38,747 nucleotides of DNA from Pseudomonadota bacterium (lineage in GTDB: Bacteria; Pseudomonadota; Alphaproteobacteria; RF32; CAG-239). Below the pieces are notes generated by a model, which saw nothing but the letters and a program-made list of their open reading frames with translations, had not been told where the DNA came from and did no database searches. Below, in pieces: positions 26,179 to 37,363 of the stretch. The DNA is taken from assembly GCA_918234285.1 (NCBI GenBank), contig CAKJXZ020000065.1:1-38747 (forward strand), given 5' to 3'. Numbering within the stretch: position 1 is the first letter of the stretch; each line of letters begins with the position of its first letter. The position numbers and the translations under genes are program-made.

Positions 26179-27321
26179 ATGAAAAAAAGACAATTGGAAG
26201 ATATAATGCGGAATGATACCAACAATGCAGTGGAATGTTCCGATTATTATCATATAAAAGCCTTAAATGTGTTAAAAAGGCATAGAAATAAAGAAAATCT
26301 GCAAAGAAGAAAATTTAGTAGTAAAATAAGCCAAATAATAGGCAATGAACATTTAGACGGAACCAAGAGAACGGCTACAATAGACGTTTTAGGTGGAGAA
26401 TTCGGTCGTCGCGCATGGGATGATGCTTATTTTTATGAGGATGATAAGGGTAATAAAGCGGTTGTTTGCTGCAATGATATTACCAAAGAACCTTATGAAA
26501 TAAGGATGCAGATTCCAAATGGCGGTAAAACTGATATATACATAATTAATACGACAACCTTAATGAATCATGATAACGTATCGGTAGATGAGGCCGGTAG
26601 TGTCATGTGGGCATTGGCTGGACAGTTGGAGAGCGGTGCTTCGATTGCTGAACTTATGCAAGATTTCAAAAAATATCAACGGTCACCTTATCCACCGGAA
26701 ATTGCGCGACAGGAAGAAGAACAACAAGTAATTAACGATGAGATACGCAATCGAGTATTAAAGTTAAAAGAAAGCGATCGCTATGGAATATGTGTTTTTG
26801 ATGCGCCTTCCAACGACTTCGATCCGTATATGCAGGGTAAATATAAGGGAGTGCCTACAGTAAGCCTCTTCCAAAATAACCGAGATTTATCTGGGGATAT
26901 GGAAACTCGGACAACGGAATCCTATGGTATTTCTTTTCAGTGTGCTAAGCAAAGTAAAGATGTTTCAGAAATTGTAATGACTGCTATGCGTGATTATGAA
27001 AGCGGCAAAAGTTATACTTCCGATTATCATGAGTATATGAATATTGAAACACTGATGGAAATGGGATATGATCGCGAAAATGCCCAAATAAAGTTGAACA
27101 AAGTGGCCGAACAGGTACTTGACGGCAGGCCTCTCAAAGAAATCTTTCTGGCCAATCGTCAATTCTTAACCAAGCAATCGGCCGAAAAACTTAAGGTTGA
27201 TATGGAAAAGAAAAATAAGCAGCAAAAACCAGATACATCTCATATAATCAGAAATCCGGAAACCGGAAATCAGCAGATAAGAGAGGTTAGGATGTCAAGG
27301 AAACGGCAATTTAACTATTGA
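26179..27321 (+). CDS. hypothetical protein (AT-rich orphan with internal repeat) in the usual rpoN position
   Basis: AGGAG SD; own TTTACT-N17-TACACT promoter; no sigma54 RpoN box (ARRTVAKYRE). Confidence 0.75.
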   Translation: MKKRQLEDIMRNDTNNAVECSDYYHIKALNVLKRHRNKENLQRRKFSSKISQIIGNEHLDGTKRTATIDVLGGEFGRRAWDDAYFYEDDKGNKAVVCCNDITKEPYEIRMQIPNGGKTDIYIINTTTLMNHDNVSVDEAGSVMWALAGQLESGASIAELMQDFKKYQRSPYPPEIARQEEEQQVINDEIRNRVLKLKESDRYGICVFDAPSNDFDPYMQGKYKGVPTVSLFQNNRDLSGDMETRTTESYGISFQCAKQSKDVSEIVMTAMRDYESGKSYTSDYHEYMNIETLMEMGYDRENAQIKLNKVAEQVLDGRPLKEIFLANRQFLTKQSAEKLKVDMEKKNKQQKPDTSHIIRNPETGNQQIREVRMSRKRQFNY

Positions 27322-27424
27322 TACTTTTTTTATCTATTTACTTTTGCTTAAAAGTTGTTATACTATAACACAAAAGATTAACCACGGCGATTTTGCCATA
27401 ATAAATTAACAAAAGAGGTATATT

Positions 27425-27985
27425 ATGAATATTACATTATCAGGAAAACAGGTTGACATCAGCGACAGACTGCGTAAGCACGTTGAAGAAGCATTGGAGG
27501 GAGCCGTTAACAAATACTTTAATGCGCCGATTGGCAGCAATGTGTATTTTTCTATGGACGGTGAAGAGTTCCGTGCCGAAGTTACCGTACATCCGGCTAA
27601 AAATATCGTGCTTAAAGGTACAGGTATCGCCGCCGATCCGTATTCCGCTTTTGATAACGCTAATACCCATATTGCTACCCGTCTGCGTCGTCAAAAGAAT
27701 AAGCTGAATGACCATAAGGGTAAAACCGGTATTGTAGAAATGGCACATGCCGCCGTATTTCCGGTAACCGAAACCGAAGACGAGATGAGTATTGATGAAA
27801 ATGCACCGTTGACGATTGCCGAAACCGATGCCAACATCAAAGTATGCACCGTAAGCGAAGCCGTGATGTATATGGATTTGGCCGACGAATGCGCATTGAT
27901 GTTCCGCAACAGCGCCAACAATCGCATCAGCATGGTATATCGCCGCAAAGACGGCAACATCGGTTGGGTTGAACCGGCAGAATAA
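27425..27985 (+). CDS. hpf: ribosome hibernation promoting factor (long HPF/RaiA)
   Basis: 'SGKQVDISD.LR', 'RLRRQKNKL.DH', C-terminal 'MVYRRKDGNIGWVEP'. Confidence 0.95.
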   Translation: MNITLSGKQVDISDRLRKHVEEALEGAVNKYFNAPIGSNVYFSMDGEEFRAEVTVHPAKNIVLKGTGIAADPYSAFDNANTHIATRLRRQKNKLNDHKGKTGIVEMAHAAVFPVTETEDEMSIDENAPLTIAETDANIKVCTVSEAVMYMDLADECALMFRNSANNRISMVYRRKDGNIGWVEPAE

Positions 27986-28014
27986 TTGGTTTTAACTGTA
28001 AAAAGGTTGTTTCA

Positions 28015-28458
28015 ATGAGTATTTCTGATGTTTTATCGGAAGATATGATTTTAACGGAAGTCGCGGCTGACGGAAAGCGCCATTTGTTGGAGCAGATATC
28101 GGAATTTGTTGCCGAGCGTAAGGGCTTGGATAAGAGTTCCGTGTTTGAAGCGGTTTTGGAACGCGAAAATCTCGGTTCTACCGGCTACGGTAACGGGGTT
28201 GCTTTTCCGCACGCCAGACTCGAGGGCTTGAAAAATGTTGTGGCTGTGTTTGCCAGATTGAAAAACCCGATAGACTATGATGCGCTTGACGGTAATCCGG
28301 TGGATATGGTGGCATTTATGATATCTCCGGAAAACAGCGGTGATGATCATTTACGCACCTTGGCAATTTTTTCGCGAGTGTTAAAAAATGCCGAAATTTG
28401 CAACGCGATTCGCTCGGCAAAAAATGCTCACGAGATATATTCCGTTATGCAAAAATAA
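28015..28458 (+). CDS. ptsN: PTS EIIA(Ntr)
   Basis: 'LERENLGSTGYGNGVAFPHAR' (phospho-His); position after hpf. Confidence 0.93.
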   Translation: MSISDVLSEDMILTEVAADGKRHLLEQISEFVAERKGLDKSSVFEAVLERENLGSTGYGNGVAFPHARLEGLKNVVAVFARLKNPIDYDALDGNPVDMVAFMISPENSGDDHLRTLAIFSRVLKNAEICNAIRSAKNAHEIYSVMQK

Positions 28459-28477
28459 AAAATTATCTTTCAAATAA

Positions 28478-28506
28478 AAGGGTCGGACATTTGTCCGGCC
28501 TTTTTT
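28478..28506 (+). terminator. terminator after ptsN
   Basis: GGGTCGGACA-TT-TGTCCGGCCT followed by a T-tract. Confidence 0.75.
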
Positions 28507-28588
28507 AATTTGTTTTCCCAAAAAGATATTGACAGAAATTTTGTTTAATGCTATTTTGTCATACAGAACATTACTATTTATCTTTATT

Positions 28589-28804
28589 ATGGAACAAGAT
28601 TCAGGCGCGCCTTATTATGAGGCCAAAATTATCAGTAAGCCGGTTCGCAGAATTGACGGCACGGCTATTGCAAAAGTTGCTTATACCCAAAGGAATAGGC
28701 AAACGATCGCCCGCTTCTACTCTAATCAGGATGAAGCGATGCAACTCAAAGAGGGGGACATAGTTCATGTTTGCCCGTATGACGGAGATGCCTATATCGG
28801 TTAG
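28589..28804 (+). CDS. small hypothetical beta-rich (OB-fold-like) protein
   Basis: ATG 28589 downstream of TTGACA-N17-TATTTT (28529-28557); 'YEAKII...LKEGDIVHV'. Confidence 0.6.
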   Translation: MEQDSGAPYYEAKIISKPVRRIDGTAIAKVAYTQRNRQTIARFYSNQDEAMQLKEGDIVHVCPYDGDAYIG

Positions 28805-28836
28805 TGAAATGTAGAACCCCAAAAAACAAAAAAATT

Positions 28837-29136
28837 ATGGAAATGCAAGATGGTGCAATTTTCTTTGAGGCAATTGTCGAAAAGAAAGAAGTTCACTCGA
28901 ATTATGTGAGATTGCAGTTTCGCGCCAAAAGGCGGAGACCATGGCGGGAGCGCGGGCGAAGCAAAGAGATGAACGTCATTTGGTTATCTGATGATGAGAA
29001 CGCCAAGAGGCAGTTTTGGCAGGCCAAGCGACTTCGTCCGGGTGATGAACTTTGGGTGGAATGCTATCTCGATGAGTGGCGCAACCCCAAATATCACTGG
29101 TTCGGCCGGCGTTGGTGGAACTTATGGTTTTGTTAA
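28837..29136 (+). CDS. small hypothetical OB-fold-like protein with Trp/Arg-rich tail
   Basis: 'FEAIVE...LRPGDELWV'; resembles the upstream ORF; followed by a terminator. Confidence 0.6.
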   Translation: MEMQDGAIFFEAIVEKKEVHSNYVRLQFRAKRRRPWRERGRSKEMNVIWLSDDENAKRQFWQAKRLRPGDELWVECYLDEWRNPKYHWFGRRWWNLWFC

Positions 29137-29146
29137 AAACAAAAAA

Positions 29147-29181
29147 AGAAACCCCTTTGTCTGATATGCAAAGGGGTTTCT
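29147..29181. terminator. bidirectional terminator
   Basis: AGAAACCCCTTTG..CAAAGGGGTTTCT. Confidence 0.8.
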
Positions 29182-29198
29182 GTTTTGTGTAAATATCT

Positions 29199-29909
29199 TC
29201 AGGTGTGCAAACGTCTCTTTTGAGCGGTTACAAGACTTTGCACATCCACTGAACTGTTTTGTATCGACACGTTAAGCGCTTTTTTGTTATCACGGGCGAT
29301 ATTGTTATTCTTTTCCGCTTCAAATTTAGCAATTAAATTTTTATTTTTTATTATTTCTTCCGGAGAACGCCCGATAATATCATCCGGAACAAAGCGTGTC
29401 ATTTTTTCCCAATTTTCCTGTGTGCCGCCATTATTCATATAAGTTGAATGTAATTCTTTCCAAAAATTTTTATCTTGCGGAATATCAGATTGTGGACTGA
29501 TGGTAACGTCAAACTTCAAAATGGCATTGCGGCAGAAAATCATGGATTTATGCTCATTCGGAGGATTGTTGTTATATGCGATTTTCGGTTCTTTTCCTTC
29601 AGCCAGTGCGGATTCTTTCAAAAGTTTGCAAGATTGATCGCTTATCTCTTCAAAGTTTTTACCGCGCAGACGTTGACCTTTGGTGGTTATGGCAGTATAT
29701 GAGCCGTCGGGATTCGAATGGCAGATAATCTTAAGACCGTCTCCGTTAAAAAAAGAATTTTCAAAATCGAAAGTGTCCGAAGGCAAAGAATTATTTTTCA
29801 GCTTCATTTCTTCTTCTTGCCGCCTACGTCTTTCTTCTTCCTTCAGTTTTTTTTCTTCTTCCTCTTGCTGCTGAGCAGAGGTATATTGCTGTTCCGTATT
29901 ATCTGTCAT
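29199..29909 (-). CDS. hypothetical protein with charged low-complexity N-terminus
   Basis: GGAG SD; QQQEEEEKKLKEEERRRR tract; AT-rich; basic C-terminus. Confidence 0.7.
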   Translation of the reverse strand: MTDNTEQQYTSAQQQEEEEKKLKEEERRRRQEEEMKLKNNSLPSDTFDFENSFFNGDGLKIICHSNPDGSYTAITTKGQRLRGKNFEEISDQSCKLLKESALAEGKEPKIAYNNNPPNEHKSMIFCRNAILKFDVTISPQSDIPQDKNFWKELHSTYMNNGGTQENWEKMTRFVPDDIIGRSPEEIIKNKNLIAKFEAEKNNNIARDNKKALNVSIQNSSVDVQSLVTAQKRRLHT

Positions 29910-29998
29910 AAGCCGTTCTCCAAATTGTCTAAGTCATATTATAGCGCATTTGGCGGAAAATTTCAATCTTAAAAACATACGATATGATACGGCGCAAA

Positions 29999-30038
29999 AA
30001 AAGTACCCCGGCCGAATATAATCGGCGGGGGTACTTTT
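29999..30038 (-). terminator. terminator after 30037..31065
   Basis: AAAAGTACCCC..CCGA/TCGG..GGGGTACTTTT. Confidence 0.75.
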
Positions 30039-31065
30039 AAAGCTTGAGGGCCTCACGCGGAGTGCTGTTAGAGCACTTGTGCAGACGCTCATTGAGCTTA
30101 CTGTTGAAGATTGGGTTACCGCTGGCATCATACATCTTCCACACCGCAATTCCCTTATAAGAGAACATAGGCATATCGATAAGATCATCGATTGAGACGT
30201 TGTTATGCCAAAGGTTATGCAGCATCCAGAGATACTGTCTACCCTCCACAAGAAGCTGACGCTTGGCGCCGTTGGCAAAGTGCAAACTCATTGGGGCGTT
30301 GCGTTCTCCGGCATTGACGGCTTTTAGGAAGTCAGACTTCTCAAAACCGTAACGACCGTTACGCATGGCGAACAATGTGATTGTTACCAACTCTTGCTCC
30401 GTCAGCTGAACGTGGACGTTCTTCGCAATCAGCGGACGCCAGTCATCGGCGATAACCTTCTTGGCCTCATCATAAGTGCGGCCTTTGAAAGTTTTTTCGG
30501 TTACGGGTCGTCCGTCAACGAACTTGAATCCGACAAGAGCGCCACCATCCTGAACACCGTCCAGGTAGGCACGGGCGATAACCACCTTGTCGAAAGCTTC
30601 GTCGAAGTCCTCTTCCGTAATCATGACCGGTGCGGACAACTGTACGGGCTCTGCAGCGGATTCGTCGGTTGAATTATTGCAACCCTTTACCAGCATCAGA
30701 GCCAGCAAGAGCAGCAAAATTGCACCGAGCAGCCACCAGATCCACCCCCAAGAACGCTTGCTGTCTGACTTTGCCTTGGATGACTTCCAGTCAACCTTGG
30801 TTAAGAGCCAGCCGATAAGCGCTGCCAAGAGCAGACCTAACAGCCACATCCACTGGGAGGCAATCCAGCAAAGAATGCTCCAGAGACCGGAAGCCAGCCA
30901 GCAGAGGCCGCTCCAAATACCGGTAGCAATCCAGCAGATGCCGTACCATATGGCCTGTAATATTGTTAACACTGCGACTCCGAACCAATAAAGGCCAAAG
31001 CCGATTGCCGCAAGGAGCAACAGCGCACCGATAATCTTGACGAGCGTCAAGAGATTGTAGCGCAT
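30037..31065 (-). CDS. multi-pass membrane protein with Trp-rich repeats and C-terminal GH24 lysozyme-like domain (probably inactive)
   Basis: Strong SD GGGGTGATC before ATG 31065; 'AYLDG..VGF..RTYDEAKKVIADD..VHVQLTEQELVTITLFAMRNG..FEKSDFLKAVNAGE' parallels the phage lysozyme consensus. Confidence 0.6.
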   Translation of the reverse strand: MRYNLLTLVKIIGALLLLAAIGFGLYWFGVAVLTILQAIWYGICWIATGIWSGLCWLASGLWSILCWIASQWMWLLGLLLAALIGWLLTKVDWKSSKAKSDSKRSWGWIWWLLGAILLLLLALMLVKGCNNSTDESAAEPVQLSAPVMITEEDFDEAFDKVVIARAYLDGVQDGGALVGFKFVDGRPVTEKTFKGRTYDEAKKVIADDWRPLIAKNVHVQLTEQELVTITLFAMRNGRYGFEKSDFLKAVNAGERNAPMSLHFANGAKRQLLVEGRQYLWMLHNLWHNNVSIDDLIDMPMFSYKGIAVWKMYDASGNPIFNSKLNERLHKCSNSTPREALKL

Positions 31066-31317
31066 GCTGATCACCCCCTTCCACCATTTGCCGTCGGTGG
31101 AAACGGAAAAAATGTTTTCCATTGAGGTCAACAATTTTAGGCGTTAATCTCGTGAATGTTACACTTGCCTTCGGTGTAACGAGAAACTTGCCGGAATTAT
31201 TGCGCCCGACGTTAACTTTATATGTAAATAATTGATATCTGACGTGCACAATAGCACGTATTTAATTATTTGTCAATATGTTTTGTTATTTTGTCGTTTT
31301 TAATATGCGTGTATAAA

Positions 31318-31346
31318 AAAAGTACGCCGTTTTACCGGCGTACTTT
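31318..31346 (-). terminator. terminator after gyrB
   Basis: AAAGTACGCCG..CGGCGTACTTT with a T-tract on the minus strand. Confidence 0.8.
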
Positions 31347-31368
31347 AATATGGTTTGACTTGAAGCGA

Positions 31369-33834
<2,466 letters not shown>

Positions 33835-33928
33835 TCACAATGCCGTAAGTATAGCGCAAGGCCTGAAAATTACAAAGGACAAAATGCAAGTTATAAACGG
33901 AATTTTGAGTTTTTTTATTGCAAAAATA

Positions 33929-33963
33929 AAAAAGGTTTCGGCACATTAACCGAAACCTTTTTT
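33929..33963 (-). terminator. terminator after 33966..34364
   Basis: AAAAAGGTTTCGG..CCGAAACCTTTTT. Confidence 0.75.
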
Positions 33964-33965
33964 GC

Positions 33966-34364
33966 TTAATAGTACAGCACGCAACAAATCATAAATGCGC
34001 ATAGCGCCAATGCCTCAAACACAAAGGCAAAGTAGAGCGAGCCGCGGGCGAGAAGATACTGTTTGGCATAGCTGAACGGAACGTCGGCAAACTTTACGAG
34101 CGCAAACAGCAAAAATACTGCACTCACAAAGTGATACGCGGTATGCGCGGCAATAATCGCGGCATTCTGATAGGTCCAGACCACACCGGCAAGAGGCAAC
34201 GCCGTCATAAAACCGGCGGCAACGTACAGAATCATCGCGTAGCAAATCAGACGATCACAAACTTTGAAAGGTAAACTTTCATAGTCGTTGTTGCGCAAGG
34301 CAGTGCCGAAAACCATAAAAGCAATCACGGTGCAGAGTTCTGCAAAAGTTAAAAAATAGGTCAT
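33966..34364 (-). CDS. hypothetical 4-TM membrane protein
   Basis: Four hydrophobic helices; own TTGACA-N17-TATACC promoter (34425..34397) and terminator. Confidence 0.65.
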   Translation of the reverse strand: MTYFLTFAELCTVIAFMVFGTALRNNDYESLPFKVCDRLICYAMILYVAAGFMTALPLAGVVWTYQNAAIIAAHTAYHFVSAVFLLFALVKFADVPFSYAKQYLLARGSLYFAFVFEALALCAFMICCVLYY

Positions 34365-34505
34365 AATTGTAGGTATAAAAATTGATATTTGTCTGCGGTA
34401 TAACCCGAAACTTTAATGTTGTCAACAACTTAAATATAAATGTTTGAAACTGAAAAATTTATTGTTAAAATTCGCTCGGGTTTAAGAAAAAAAAGGAATC
34501 ATAAA

Positions 34506-34967
34506 ATGTTTTCGGATAAATGGAATTATCGCTTTTTGGAACTGGCCGAACTGATTGCAACTTGGTCAAAAGATCCGTCTACCAAAACCGGTGCGGTTGT
34601 AGTGGGGCCGGATAAAGAGATTCGCGCCACCGGCTACAACGGATTTGTGCGCGGTGTGGTTGACGGTGTGCCGGAACGTTTGGAACGTCCGACCAAATAC
34701 GATTTTTTTGAACACGCCGAACGCAATGCGGTTTATAATGCTTGTTTGACCGGAACTTGCTTAAAAGGCTGCACCATTTTTTGCACCTTAACTCCGTGCA
34801 CCGATTGTGCCCGTGCCATTATTCAGGCCGGTATCAAAGAAGTGGTTACTTACGAATATAAATCCGATGTGAACGACCCGAAAAATACCTGGCGCGACAA
34901 ACTTCGTTATTCGGCGGAAATGTTTGCCGAAGCCGGCGTAAAATACATCGAACTGCCTAAAAAATAA
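34506..34967 (+). CDS. dCMP deaminase (ComEB family)
   Basis: 'SKDPSTKTGAV', 'GYNG', Zn motifs 'HAERNA' and 'PCTDC'. Confidence 0.93.
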   Translation: MFSDKWNYRFLELAELIATWSKDPSTKTGAVVVGPDKEIRATGYNGFVRGVVDGVPERLERPTKYDFFEHAERNAVYNACLTGTCLKGCTIFCTLTPCTDCARAIIQAGIKEVVTYEYKSDVNDPKNTWRDKLRYSAEMFAEAGVKYIELPKK

Positions 34968-35060
34968 ATTTCGGACTATCCTCTCGCACGTCTTTAAATA
35001 TGCTTAATCGGCAATATATAAAGTACCGATTATGTTGATAAAACTGTAAGGAGATTGTTT

Positions 35061-35687
35061 ATGAAAATTCTGATTGCGGACGATCACGCGTTGTTTCGCG
35101 ACGGACTGGCTCTGCGTTTGGAAGAAATCGCGCCCGAAGCCGTGATTTTGCAGGCCTCGAGTTATTCGCAAGTTTTTAAAATTCTTAATACCGAACCGGC
35201 GGTTGATGTGCTGGTTTTGGATGTTGAAATGCAAGATATGCCGTGGCTCGAAAGCCTCAAAAAGATTCACTCCATGTCGCCGAAGACAAAAATAATCGTG
35301 GTGTCGGCCTCGGAAGACAGCCGCACCATCCGCACCATTCTGGCCACCGGCGTCAAAGGCTATATTCCCAAACGTTCGGAAATCAAGGTGTTTAACAACG
35401 CGCTTAAACTTATAATCGAGGGCGGCAGCTATGTCCCGCCTAACTTGCTGGATAATACTCCGCTTAATGCTCTGAGCGGTCGCAATATCGGCATAAAAAC
35501 GCTGACGACTCGCCAATCGCAGGTTCTTGATCTGATAGCGCAGGGCAAATCAAATAAGCAGATTGCTTATGATATGGGAGTATCGGAATCCACGGTTAAG
35601 TTGCACATCAACGCGCTGTTGCGCTCGCTTCATGTCAGCAACCGCACCCAGGCCGTGATTACGGCGCAGAAAATAGGGCTTATTTAG
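35061..35687 (+). CDS. NarL/FixJ family response regulator (REC + LuxR HTH)
   Basis: 'ILIADDH', phospho-acceptor 'LDVEM', 'GYIPK', 'LTTRQ..VL.LIAQGKSNKQIA'; no adjacent kinase. Confidence 0.93.
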   Translation: MKILIADDHALFRDGLALRLEEIAPEAVILQASSYSQVFKILNTEPAVDVLVLDVEMQDMPWLESLKKIHSMSPKTKIIVVSASEDSRTIRTILATGVKGYIPKRSEIKVFNNALKLIIEGGSYVPPNLLDNTPLNALSGRNIGIKTLTTRQSQVLDLIAQGKSNKQIAYDMGVSESTVKLHINALLRSLHVSNRTQAVITAQKIGLI

Positions 35688-36753
35688 CGGTTTCCTGGTC
35701 TTTTTTGGATTTTAATTGTCCGCAGGCCGCCAAAATATCTTGCCCGCGTGCTACCCGAATCGGTGCGGCAAATCCGGCTTTTTCCAGTTCACGCGCAAAA
35801 GCGTGAACTTTGTTGTTGGAACTCGGCTTAAATGCGCATCCCGGCCACGGATTGAACGGAATCAAATTAAAACTGGCGCGCAAATTATATTTTTTCATCA
35901 GGGCAATCAGCTCATGTGCGCACTCAAACGAATCGTTGATGCCATCAAGCATCAGATATTCGAACGTAATGTAGCGGCTGCCGTCGTTTCCCTGATATTC
36001 GCGGCAGGCGGAAAGCACTTCTTCCAACGGATAACGATTGTTAATCGGCATAATTTGCGAACGCAGAGTGTTATTCGGCGCATGTAGCGAAACAGCCAAA
36101 CGCACGCCGGTTTCTTTGAGCGCCCGTACAATGTTCGGAGCGATTCCCGAGGTTGACATGGTAACGCGGCGTCGCGAAATGGCAATACCGTCGCCGTCGG
36201 TCAAAATGTTCAGGGCTTTAATGGTATTTTCGATGTTGTGCAGCGGCTCGCCCATACCCATCACCACAATATTGGAAAGATAGCGGGTTTCGTTGGTCGG
36301 ACTCGGCCATTCGCCGTATGTATCGCGCGCTACCATAAACTGACTGACAATCTCGCCGGCGGTTAAATTACGGGTCAATTTTTGGCTCCCGGTATGGCAA
36401 AAACGGCAACCGACCGCACACCCGACTTGGGTAGAAATACATACGGCACCGCGGTCTTCTTCCGGAATATAGACCATCTCTACCCGCTGTCCGTCGGCAA
36501 ATTCCAACAGCCATTTGCGGGTTTTATCGGAGGAAAGTTGCTCTGCCACTATTTTCGGACGCGTAATCGTAAAATTTTCGGCCAGCTTTGCGCGCAAAAC
36601 CTTCGAGAGGTTGCTCATTTTTTCAAAATCGGTTTCGCCGAAGTAATACAGCCATTGCCATAACTGTTTTGCACGAAAAGGCTTTTCCCCGATATCGGTC
36701 AAAGCCTTTTGCAATTCGTCTTTACTCAATCCGATGAGTTCTGTTTTAGCCAT
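35680..36753 (-). CDS. rlmN: dual-specificity RNA methyltransferase RlmN
   Basis: 'CISTQVGCAVGCRFCHTG', 'MGMGEP', 'DILAACGQL'. Confidence 0.96.
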   Translation of the reverse strand: MAKTELIGLSKDELQKALTDIGEKPFRAKQLWQWLYYFGETDFEKMSNLSKVLRAKLAENFTITRPKIVAEQLSSDKTRKWLLEFADGQRVEMVYIPEEDRGAVCISTQVGCAVGCRFCHTGSQKLTRNLTAGEIVSQFMVARDTYGEWPSPTNETRYLSNIVVMGMGEPLHNIENTIKALNILTDGDGIAISRRRVTMSTSGIAPNIVRALKETGVRLAVSLHAPNNTLRSQIMPINNRYPLEEVLSACREYQGNDGSRYITFEYLMLDGINDSFECAHELIALMKKYNLRASFNLIPFNPWPGCAFKPSSNNKVHAFARELEKAGFAAPIRVARGQDILAACGQLKSKKDQETAK

Positions 36754-36755
36754 GA

Positions 36756-37265
36756 TTATTTTTTCTTGCACTTAGCGGAAATTGCCTGATAAGCGCTGGT
36801 AAATCCTTTGAGTGAGTAGGTGTCTTTGGTGGCGGTGCCGCGGCTCGATTGGCCGTCGACAATCATGCGCTCGCCGCGTTTCATGGCCGTAACCAGCTTT
36901 TGATCTTCAGCATGGTTAATCATCCAGCCTTTATCGCCTTCGGTAAAGGTGTTGCGGAATGTTTCGTTGCCGATTTTAATAACGAGCGGTGCTTTCGGAT
37001 TATATACATATCCGGCCACAAAGCTTACTTCGTCAAACGATTTTTCGGACGGACGATGAGTCACTACCGTATAAATATCGCCGCGCTTGGTGTATTTTCC
37101 TTCATCTTTCTTCGGGCTGGAAGCCATATAGCAAATCACATTACCGCGGTCGCTGTATGTCCATGCCGTCCAATCGCCGTATTCGCCCAAAAGCAGCGGT
37201 TGATTGGCTGCCTGAGCTGCCGTCGAAATCAATAAACCGCCGAGTACTAAGAAATATTTTAACAT
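36756..37265 (-). CDS. invasion-associated locus B (IalB) family periplasmic protein
   Basis: Signal peptide, 'GDW..CY..S.P', 'AMKRG', 'DTYSLKGFT.A'; next to rlmN as in many Alphaproteobacteria. Confidence 0.85.
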   Translation of the reverse strand: MLKYFLVLGGLLISTAAQAANQPLLLGEYGDWTAWTYSDRGNVICYMASSPKKDEGKYTKRGDIYTVVTHRPSEKSFDEVSFVAGYVYNPKAPLVIKIGNETFRNTFTEGDKGWMINHAEDQKLVTAMKRGERMIVDGQSSRGTATKDTYSLKGFTSAYQAISAKCKKK

Positions 37266-37363
37266 CTATTTATCCTTTTTTATTAAAATTTGCTTGGATT
37301 ATATAAAAAAAGTGTATATAAACTATTAAAATTTCCTAAAAATAACAAGGGGTTTTTTACGCT

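Noticed and set aside
30037-31065. Prophage lysis or tape-measure module
   Set aside because: No holin, structural or integrase genes nearby; the gene sits beside gyrB with its own promoter and terminator.
31085-31200. c-di-GMP-I or glycine riboswitch
   Set aside because: Only short GGCAA and CCGAAGG similarities; the remaining conserved cores are not visible.
30791-31249. 152-aa minus-strand ORF upstream of and overlapping the lysozyme-like gene
   Set aside because: Its start falls in the predicted -10 box and it overlaps the better-supported ORF out of frame; the region reads better as a structured leader.
35061-35687. Orphan response regulator as a novel system
   Set aside because: Unpaired NarL-type regulators are common in Alphaproteobacteria; the 8-nt convergent overlap with rlmN is unremarkable.
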